From assembly GCA_964610245.1 (NCBI GenBank), contig CAZSVK010000002.1, positions 1-37,196 of the forward strand: a DNA stretch of 37,196 bases. The letters are read 5' to 3'. How positions within the stretch are numbered: the stretch's first letter is position 1; every line of letters begins with the position of its first letter. The stretch comes from an uncultured bacterium (GTDB lineage Bacteria > Muiribacteriota > UBA6191 > JACPRK01). Of the stretch, positions 26,762-35,000 are shown in pieces. The position numbers were made by a program, and so were the translations under genes. Below the pieces are notes generated by a model. It was not told the origin of the DNA and made no database searches. It saw only the letters and a list, made by a program, of their open reading frames with translations.

Positions 26762-28528
26762 ATGCCCGAGACCAGAGACGCAGAACAGAGAGCGGCGCGA
26801 TACCTCTTGCCGCACATGAGGCCGCTGGGCACGGCGCTCGTGGCCGCGGCGATCGTCGGGGTCCTGACGACGGCCGACGCGAAGATCCTCCAGATCCTGC
26901 TCGACGACGTGCTGCAGCCCAGGAACTACCGGCTGCTGATCTACACGCTCGGCGCCGTCATCGCCGTGCACGTGCTGAAGGGGGCGGCGCTCTTCACTTC
27001 GCGCTACCTGGTCAGCAAGGTCGGCCACCTGGTGGCTTGCACGATGCGCGAGGAGCTGTTCCGCCAGGTCGAGGCGCTGCCGCTGTCCTTCTTCCAGCTC
27101 AACCGCACCGGCCAGATCCTGTCGCGGATGTCCAACGACGTCCCGGTGGTGCAGAACGCGCTGGTCACGACCAACACGGCGCTCACCAACGTGTTCCAGG
27201 TGATCTTCTGCCTGGCGATGATGTTCTGGCTGGAGTGGCGTCTGGCGGCCTTCACGATCGTGCTGCTGCCGGTCATCAGCTGGGTGGTGCGGCTCTTCTC
27301 CGACAAGCTGCGCGCGGTCGGAATCCTGATGCAGAGCCGGGTGGGCGATCTGAGCGCGACGTTCGCCGAGACGGTCGGCGGCATCCGCGAGATCCAGGCG
27401 TTCGGCGCCGAGGAGCAGGAGCTGGAGCGCTTCCGGAAGGTCAATCAGGCCAGCTTCAAGGCGTTCATGAAGGGAGCCAAGTACACCTCGCTGACCTCGC
27501 CGATCGTCGAGCTGTTCCACGCGGCCGGCATGGTGATGGTGATCTGGCTGGGCGCCCGGTCGGTCATCTCGGAGAGTCTCACCGTGGGCCAGCTCGTGCA
27601 GTTCCTGGCCTGCCTGGGCATCATGTTCCACCCGCTCAGGACCCTGACCGAGATCCAGGCGGCGATCAAGCAGGCGGTCGGAGCGGCCGAGAGGGTCTTC
27701 GAGCTACTCGACGAGCCGGTGTTGATCCGGAACCGGCCGAACGCCCGTCCGTTGGCTTCGCTCGAGGGCCGGGTCGAGTATCGCAACGTGTCGTTCCGCT
27801 ACGGCGCGGAAGGAGCGCCGACGGTGCTGTCGGACCTCGAGCTGGTCGTTGAGCCAGGTCAGGTGGCGGCGCTCGTGGGCCGCAGCGGCTCGGGCAAGAG
27901 CACGTTCGTGAACCTGCTGCCCCGCTTCTACGACGTGACCGGCGGAGCGATCCTGCTCGACGGGGCCGACATCCGAGACATCGAGCTGCGCTCCCTGCGC
28001 GGATTCTTCGGAATTGTGCCGCAGGAGACCTTCCTCTTTAGCGGCACCATCGAGGAGAACATCGCTTTCGGGCGGCCCGGCGCCAGCCCGGAACAGATCC
28101 GGCAGGCGGCGCTCGACGCGAACGCGAGCGAATTCATCGAGCGGCTGCCAAGCGGGTTTGCCACGATCCTGGGCGAGCGCGGCGTCAACCTGTCAGGTGG
28201 GCAGCGGCAGCGCATCGCCATCGCGCGGGCGTTGCTGAAGGATCCGCGCATCCTGATCCTCGACGAGGCGACCAGCTCGCTCGACACCGAGTCGGAGGCG
28301 CTGGTGCAGGATGCCCTGCGCCGGCTGATGAAGAACCGCACGACGCTGGTGATCGCCCACCGGCTCTCGACGGTGGCCAGCGCGGACCAGATCGTTGTAT
28401 TGGAGAGTGGGAGTATCCGCGAGATCGGGACCCACGGCGAGCTGATGACGCGGCGAGGGCTCTACCACCATCTGTGCCGCGCCCAGTTGCTCGATGCCGC
28501 CCCCCCGGTGCCCGTGCCCGCGGCCTGA
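26762..28528 (+). CDS. msbA: ABC exporter, fused permease-ATPase, MsbA-like lipid A / lipid flippase
   Basis: Six-helix N-terminal TMD. Walker A GRSGSGKST, signature LSGGQRQRIAIARA, Walker B ILILDEATSSLD, H-loop AHRLST. It is flanked by the lpxB genes. Confidence 0.8.
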   Translation: MPETRDAEQRAARYLLPHMRPLGTALVAAAIVGVLTTADAKILQILLDDVLQPRNYRLLIYTLGAVIAVHVLKGAALFTSRYLVSKVGHLVACTMREELFRQVEALPLSFFQLNRTGQILSRMSNDVPVVQNALVTTNTALTNVFQVIFCLAMMFWLEWRLAAFTIVLLPVISWVVRLFSDKLRAVGILMQSRVGDLSATFAETVGGIREIQAFGAEEQELERFRKVNQASFKAFMKGAKYTSLTSPIVELFHAAGMVMVIWLGARSVISESLTVGQLVQFLACLGIMFHPLRTLTEIQAAIKQAVGAAERVFELLDEPVLIRNRPNARPLASLEGRVEYRNVSFRYGAEGAPTVLSDLELVVEPGQVAALVGRSGSGKSTFVNLLPRFYDVTGGAILLDGADIRDIELRSLRGFFGIVPQETFLFSGTIEENIAFGRPGASPEQIRQAALDANASEFIERLPSGFATILGERGVNLSGGQRQRIAIARALLKDPRILILDEATSSLDTESEALVQDALRRLMKNRTTLVIAHRLSTVASADQIVVLESGSIREIGTHGELMTRRGLYHHLCRAQLLDAAPPVPVPAA

Positions 28529-28533
28529 TTGGC

Positions 28534-29700
28534 GTGTCGAAGAGCGAACCCCACATTCTGCTGCTGGCCGGAGAGTTCTCGGGCAATCTCTACGGCGCCG
28601 CGCTCGTGCGAGAGCTGCGGCGGCTGGCGCCCTCTGCCCGGCTGACCGGCATCGGGGGCCGGCAGATGGCCGACGCGGGACTGCGGCTGATCCGCGACAG
28701 CTCGACCTGGGGCGGCATCGGCCTGGTCGAGTCGCTCAAGCGCTGTCACCTTTATCTCGTCTATCTCCAGCTCAAGGAGCTGATCCGCACGGACAGGCCC
28801 GACGTGATCGTGCTCATCGATTACCCGGGGTTCAACATGGCGGTGGCGCGGCTGGCGAAGTCGGCGGGCATCCCCACGCTCTACTATTTCCCGCCGGGGA
28901 AATTCACCGACACGGCCGAGTCGATCCGCGACGCCGCCCAGACCATCACGAAGGTCGCGGCGCCGTTCGAGCTGACCTACCGGCGCTATCGGGAGGCCGA
29001 GGCCGACGTGGAGTTCGTGGGCCACCCGATGTTCGACGTGCTCAAGTCCGACCTCGACCGGGAGCGCATCCGGGCCGACTTCGCCGTGAGTGCCCACCAG
29101 AAGGTCATCGGCCTGCTGCCCGGCAGCCGCCGCCAGGAGATCCGGATGCACACGCCAATCCTGGCCGAGTGCGCGCGGCAGCTCGCGCTGCTGCATCCCG
29201 AGGCGCGGTTCATCGTGCCGGTGGTCAACTGCAACATCCGGGAGTACGGCGACTTCGTGCAGGACACGGTGTCGCACCACCTGCGACGCGATGGCATCCC
29301 GGTGGACGTGACGGTCGATCGCACCTACGAGGTGATGGCCATCGCGGATCTGCTGCTGGTCTGTTCGGGGACCGCGACGCTCGAGGCGGCCTACTACGGC
29401 GCGCCGATGGTCATCGTCTACAAGACCACGGTGATGACCGAGATCCTGGCGCGGCTCTTCTATCCCGCGATGCCGCAGTACGTGGGCCTGCCGAACATCC
29501 TGGCCGAGCGCATGATCGTGCCGGAGTTCATCCAGCAGGATTTCGCTCCGGACAACATCCTGCGCGAGTGCCGGGACATCCTGGGCAGCCAGGAGCGGGT
29601 GACCCGGATGCGCAAGGATCTGCGGGCGGTCATCGACAACCTGGGTCCGCGAGGGGCCACCGAGAAGGTCGCCCAGCTGGCGCTCGAGCTGGTGAGCTGA
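28534..29700 (+). CDS. Divergent second LpxB-like GT19 glycosyltransferase
   Basis: LLLAGEFSGNLYGAALVREL, LIDYPGFNM, LLPGSRRQEI, VCSGTATLEAAYYGAPMV. GTG 28534 lies 6 nt after the msbA stop. The listed ATG 28474 would overlap msbA. Confidence 0.7.
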   Translation: MSKSEPHILLLAGEFSGNLYGAALVRELRRLAPSARLTGIGGRQMADAGLRLIRDSSTWGGIGLVESLKRCHLYLVYLQLKELIRTDRPDVIVLIDYPGFNMAVARLAKSAGIPTLYYFPPGKFTDTAESIRDAAQTITKVAAPFELTYRRYREAEADVEFVGHPMFDVLKSDLDRERIRADFAVSAHQKVIGLLPGSRRQEIRMHTPILAECARQLALLHPEARFIVPVVNCNIREYGDFVQDTVSHHLRRDGIPVDVTVDRTYEVMAIADLLLVCSGTATLEAAYYGAPMVIVYKTTVMTEILARLFYPAMPQYVGLPNILAERMIVPEFIQQDFAPDNILRECRDILGSQERVTRMRKDLRAVIDNLGPRGATEKVAQLALELVS

Positions 29701-29736
29701 ACGGGGGGGGCGGCACGAACGCATGAGGAAACGAAC

Positions 29737-30066
29737 ATGATGATGTCCGACATCCCCTTCGGAACGACCGACTGGGACAGCATCGAGCCCACGGAGCATC
29801 CCGGCGCTACCGGCAAGGCGTTCTGGCGTACCCGAACCTTCAACGGCATTCGAGTTCGGATGGTCGACTACACTCCCGGCTACCTCGCCGACCATTGGTG
29901 CCGGAAAGGTCACCTCCTGCTGGTGCTGGAGGGCGAGCTTCAGACCGAGCTGGCCGACGGGCGCACGGTCGTGCTGAAGCCTGGCCAGAGCTACCAGGTG
30001 GCAGACGATACTCTGGCGCATCGTTCGCGCACGGAGGGCGGCGCAAGGCTCTTCATCGTGGACTGA
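29737..30066 (+). CDS. DHCW-motif cupin-fold protein
   Basis: MSDIPFGTTDWDSIEPTEH ... AFWRTRTF ... RVRMVDYTPGYLADHWCRKGHLLLVLEGEL ... LFIVD matches the family end to end. GAGGA RBS sits before the ATGATGATG start. Confidence 0.85.
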   Translation: MMMSDIPFGTTDWDSIEPTEHPGATGKAFWRTRTFNGIRVRMVDYTPGYLADHWCRKGHLLLVLEGELQTELADGRTVVLKPGQSYQVADDTLAHRSRTEGGARLFIVD

Positions 30067-30277
30067 GGGGACGTGGCGCCGCTCGATCCGGCCGGCCGCT
30101 GACCGGTCGCAGCCGAGGCTACGCTACAGAGCGCATGCCGGAACTGCCCGACATCCTGGGGTGGCTCGCCCTCCGGGAGCGGCCTCGAAGGTCGGTCCGA
30201 CCGAGCCGGTGGTCATGCCCCACGATTGCCGGCGGAGCGCTTCGCTCCATCGGGTGCCCGAGCCGTGGGAACCGTTT

Positions 30278-31543
30278 CTACTGGCCCGGGCCCCACAGGA
30301 CCAGGGCGGAAGGCCGGATGGGGGAGCCTGCTCTCGGCTGCTCGAGAGAAGCCTCCAGCCGGAAGGTGCCGGCGCCGGTTACATACGAGAGCGGCGCGTC
30401 GGTGAACGGGTTGGGGGGCACCGGCTTCCCCGTCCAGCGCTCGAGTTCAGCCAGCTCGGAGGGCAGGCGGCCCTTCGCAGCCTGGAAACCCAGGAGTTGC
30501 AGCACGACGAGCAGTCCGCGCCGGTAGCACTCCGTTGTGGCGTGCTCCCGGACAAGGCTCGTAGGGTCAAGCGTCATGCTCTCCTGGATGCGCAGCGCCG
30601 CGACCTCGACCGGTGCCGCGAGTAAACTGGTCCAGGACGGCGCCGACGAGAACCTCAGCCGCCAGGTGTGACTGTACGACTCCAGCGCCGGCAACGAACG
30701 CGACGGTGGCAGGGCGAGAAGGCTCCGGATGCGGCGGCAATGCTCGGTCACGCGCCGGGAGACCAGGAGCTTCACCTCGTCGCGGAAGAGCCGGACGCCC
30801 CAGCGCACGATGCGATCCCGGCCGAGATACTCCCCTCGCGACGTCTGCTCCAGAAAGGCGTCGATCCGCGCTTCGATCTGGTCGGGCCGATCGCCGAGCA
30901 ACCGTTCGATGTCGAGGGGGGGCGGGGCGAGCCGGCCGAACTCTCGCAGCAGCATGTCGCGCTGGCCGGCCGAGAGCGGCTTGGCGGCCATGTGACGCAG
31001 CAGATGACGCAGGCTGGGCTGCTCGATCGCGCCCGCGAAGATGCATGGAAACACATTGGACTTGAAGTCGAAGGCGCCGTGCACGTCGCGAGCAAACGCC
31101 AGGCTCGCGAGGTTCAGTCTCACGTACGGAACCTCCTGCGACTGCCAGGCGAGGCCTCCGAGCAGCACGCGCAGCGCCTTGCTCGCATCGGAGATCGCGC
31201 AGTAGTCGGGGATGGCCGAGTCTTCGGTGAGACCCAATCGCTTGCGCGTGTCGGCCGGGGTGCGTGCCAGACCCGGCGGATACCAGGCCAGGAAGTCGTC
31301 CATGAACGGCCGCAGTCGCTCCAGCAGACCACGGTCCTCGCTCGAGAACGTGACCTCTTCGCCGGCGAGCGCGAGGAAGCGCTCGTTGTGGGCCAGTTCG
31401 GAGCGCGGCAGCCGCCCGAGAAACGGCAACGGGTAGTAGCGCGGTTCCTCGGCGGCAGACCAGCCGGCGGTCAGCGCTGTCAGCAACGCGCACGCGAGTA
31501 GCCAGGTGCGCCGAGTGGTGATTCCCTTGGCCAGGTCGAACAT
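30278..31543 (-). CDS. Hypothetical secreted protein (~421 aa)
   Basis: ATG 31543 gives MFDLAKGITTRRTWLLACALLTALTAGWSAAEE (signal-peptide-like). An alternative ATG 31579 lies 12 codons upstream. Codons are GC3-rich. No domain recognised. Confidence 0.65.
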   Translation of the reverse strand: MFDLAKGITTRRTWLLACALLTALTAGWSAAEEPRYYPLPFLGRLPRSELAHNERFLALAGEEVTFSSEDRGLLERLRPFMDDFLAWYPPGLARTPADTRKRLGLTEDSAIPDYCAISDASKALRVLLGGLAWQSQEVPYVRLNLASLAFARDVHGAFDFKSNVFPCIFAGAIEQPSLRHLLRHMAAKPLSAGQRDMLLREFGRLAPPPLDIERLLGDRPDQIEARIDAFLEQTSRGEYLGRDRIVRWGVRLFRDEVKLLVSRRVTEHCRRIRSLLALPPSRSLPALESYSHTWRLRFSSAPSWTSLLAAPVEVAALRIQESMTLDPTSLVREHATTECYRRGLLVVLQLLGFQAAKGRLPSELAELERWTGKPVPPNPFTDAPLSYVTGAGTFRLEASLEQPRAGSPIRPSALVLWGPGQ

Positions 31544-31717
31544 GCGATCCTCCGCGACTTCGATGAGGGCAGTGCTCATGCCAACGATAGCACCGGCCGC
31601 GGCAGACGTCAGCCGCTCCCCGATTTCGCGCTATCGGGGGATTGCCCCACAGATATCAAGTCACGGATTGTCAGGAAGCTCCTGAACGAAGGTCACCGCC
31701 TTCCGGCCGGCGAGCGC

Positions 31718-31969
31718 TCACGGGTCGTACCGGGGCGCCGCAAAGAGCTGCTCCGGCGTCAGCTCCAGCTCCGGGAACGGCCTCGAGCGCACGCGCTGGC
31801 CGCCGGCGGCCTCCGCGTGCAGCCGATAGCTGCCGGTCTCGAGGGTCAAGACGAGGATGGACCTGTCCGCGGGATTGACAATCCAGTACTCGGGGATCCC
31901 ATTTCGTTCGAAGAGGTCTCGCTTCTTGATGCAGTCCTTGCTCGCGGTCCCCTCGGAGAGGATCTCCAC
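31718..31969 (-). pseudogene. Truncated Uma2-family (DUF820) PD-(D/E)xK nuclease remnant, C-terminal half only
   Basis: PDLVVEILSEGTASKDCIKKRDLFERNGIPEYWIVNPADRSILV is the conserved Uma2 core. The ~100 N-terminal residues of the family are absent. The homology begins ~10 codons after the stop of the upstream giant ORF, in the same frame. Confidence 0.6.
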
Positions 31970-32002
31970 GACGAGGTCGGGCGGCCCCTCCGCCGAGCTG
32001 GC

Positions 32003-35000
32003 TCAGTTGCCCGTGAACTCCTGGAAGTCGGCCTCGGTGGCGCCCGATTGTTCCCACGTCCGGATCTCGACGGTCTGGGGCAGCAGCGGCGGAGGCCGGA
32101 CGGCCAGCGTTGCGTCGTAGATTCGCCGGCGCATCGGCGGCCAGTAGTGGCCGACCTTCAACTGAGGCGGATGGTTGGCCACCTGGGCCATCCGGATCTC
32201 GCTGCCCACGAACCGCTGGATCATCGGCGTCAGGATGTTCTGCAGCGAGCCGGCTTTCAGCTCTTCCAGGCCCCGGATCGTCGTCAGGTAGTGCACGCGG
32301 GCAGACCGGGCATTACCCAGGTAGTCGAAATGCCGGTTGCCGTTCTTGGGATCGTCCGAAGAGGAGGGGTCGTCGTTGACCTTCGCACCGACGAACACCA
32401 TCGAGACCAGATCCATCTGCGGCATGAAAAGCTCGTCGTCCATCATCGTGGTCACGGTGCCTTCCTGATCGGAGTACTTGCCGGCGGGAGGATGGCCCGA
32501 GAGCGTGGCGGCCTTCTCGTCGTAGACCAGGTTGTACAGCCGCTGGGGAGCGGTGAAGGAGCCAAGCTGGGGCGGGGTCAGGTCCTTCAAGTCGGGATCC
32601 GGGGCCGGCGGACGGAAGGCGGCGTACTGAGGCTCGTCGGCCGCCAGCCGCTGGATGACGACGTCGGCGACGCCGGTGGTTGAGGGCGTGCCATCCAGCT
32701 CTTCGCGCGTGAGGTCGCCGTCGGCCAGGGCAGCCGAGAAGGAGCCGCGGATGACGTCGTACGACGCCGTGGTCACCCAGAGGTTATCTCCGGCGTTACT
32801 GCTTCCGCCCTGGCCGAAGTAGCTCTGCAGTGCCGGCACCAGCTCCGAGGCACCGTTGGCGCCGGGCTGGAGGATGTCGGTCGAGGGGATGGGGGAACAG
32901 GTCGGGACGGGCGAAGCGTCGGGGTAGCGCACCCACTCGTGGGCCTTGGTCTCGTCGCCCAGGATCCGGGTCAGCATCTCCAGCTTGACGAGCCCCTTCA
33001 GCTCGTTGCCCAGGCAGCGCGTGGGGTGGCGCTGGTCGAACCAGACGCGGCCCATCGAGATCAGCGCCATCGCGACCCGCTCCCGCTCGGCCGGCGCGAC
33101 CAGGTCGCCGGTCGTGCCGTCCAGGTACTTCTCGACGTCCTCCGTGCGGTACTGGTAATAGGGCGTGCCGTCGATCGCGGAACCGTCGGGCATCTGGTAC
33201 TTCGGCTTGTAGTTCTTGCGGTGGGCAGGGTGGCAGTTGAGGTCGCCGCTGACGAAGATGTCGGCCTCGCAGTAGATCGTGACGTCGCGATCTGGGTTCC
33301 CCCAGATCGTCAGCGGCTTGGACGAGTAGATCAATCCATTGAAGTCGGCGGGGTAGTCTCGCCCGAGGGCGTTCGCGTCATCCGGCGGCGTCGGGCCGCC
33401 TTCGTATCCGCCCCGGCCGAAGTCCAGCTCGATCACGTCGTCCGGCAGTTCGCCCGGATAGTCGTGCATGTACTCCTTGCGGGTGGGCAGACCGCTGACG
33501 TCGACGCCGCCCGCGGCGGCCTGCTTGCGATAGAACTGCGGTTCCAGCCGCGGCAGCGAGAGGGCACCTCCGTGCTGGCCGTCGAGAACGTTTCCGCTCG
33601 CGGTCTCCAGGCCCGACGGTCCGGCAGAATCGTTTTCGGGCCCGAGTTCGACCGGCCTGCCCTGCAGGGTTTTCGGTTTCTGGAACGTGACCTGATAGGA
33701 ATCGGCGAACATCAGCGGCCCGCCCGAGCGCAGGCAGTCGAGGTTCAGGAAGCGCTGGATGGTGCCGTTCGGAGAGACGTTGCCCAGCCGCACCGTCTGA
33801 CCTCCGTAGAGGCGTCCGTCGGTGAAAACGTTGGAGTGATGCGAGTCGTTCGGCGAGCCCATCCCGAGCACGACCTTCTCGCCGTCGTAGATCACGTATT
33901 CGGTGAAGTTCGAGACCTCGGCGATGACCGAGATCCGGGTGTGGCGATCGAGCCTCTTGCCCGGGTCTTTCTTCTTGCCGAGGCTCTCGATCCGGACGAA
34001 CCGGGTGGCTTCGTCGACGGAGGGCGTCGCGGGGTCGTCGTCGATCGGCACGCGCCCGACCCGGACGGCGAACTCGGCGCCGAAGACCCCGTGGCCCACC
34101 CGGCCCGTGTAGCTCCCCTTGGTCGTGTTGGCGACGTCGATCTCGCTGTCTCCAGCCAGACGGACGGGCCTGGAGAGCGCTTCTTTCCACACGAAGTCGC
34201 CGGCGGCGTCCAGCTCGAGTTCGTGGGTGAGCCAGCCCTGGCTGTTGCGCATCTCGAGCAGCGTGCAGTTCAGACCGGCCTCTGCCGCGGTGAGCGCCGA
34301 GAAACTGTTGAGGACCGCGCCGGTCGCGCGCACGCGCGAACTCGAGTAGGTGGAGAAAGCCAGGACCAGCGTCGCCAGCAGGAAGATGATGGCGACGAGA
34401 ATCGGGAGGGCCAGGCCCCGCCGCTGACGAGAACGGGGCGGCAGGAGGCCGCGTCCCCAGGGCCAGGCCATCGCGCCGAGCGTCCACAGCAGGGTGAGCA
34501 GGCTCAGTACGGCGCCCACCCGGAAAGGCCAGGGCTCGTAGGTCATCTGCAGCCGGTGCTCCCCGGCGGCGACCTCGACCCCGCGAAAGAGGCCGTCGAC
34601 CTGGTGGATCGGCCGCTCGTGGCCGTCGACCCGGGCCTTCCATCCCGGGTACCAGCTGTCCAGCAGCACCAGCAGGCCGCGGCCTGCCAGCTCGAACTCG
34701 ATCGCCACGCGGTGCCGGCCGTACTCGGTCACCTCGCAACGCCGGACGTTCGCGGGCTTCAGCTCGCCGGGCGCCGAATCAGGCGCAGGCTCGTAGCGCA
34801 CCTCGTCGGGGATGGCCAGCAAGGTGGCGCTGGTGGGCAGTTCGCCGGGAGCGGAGGGCACGGCGCGGCCCGCGATGAAGGCCCGCGGCGTCACGCGATC
34901 CAGCCGGCGCACGACCACCGGGCCGACGCGGTCGATGACGGTGCCGCCGCCGTACTCCTCGTCGCGCGTCTCGGACCGCAGGACGAACTCGGCGCCGATC

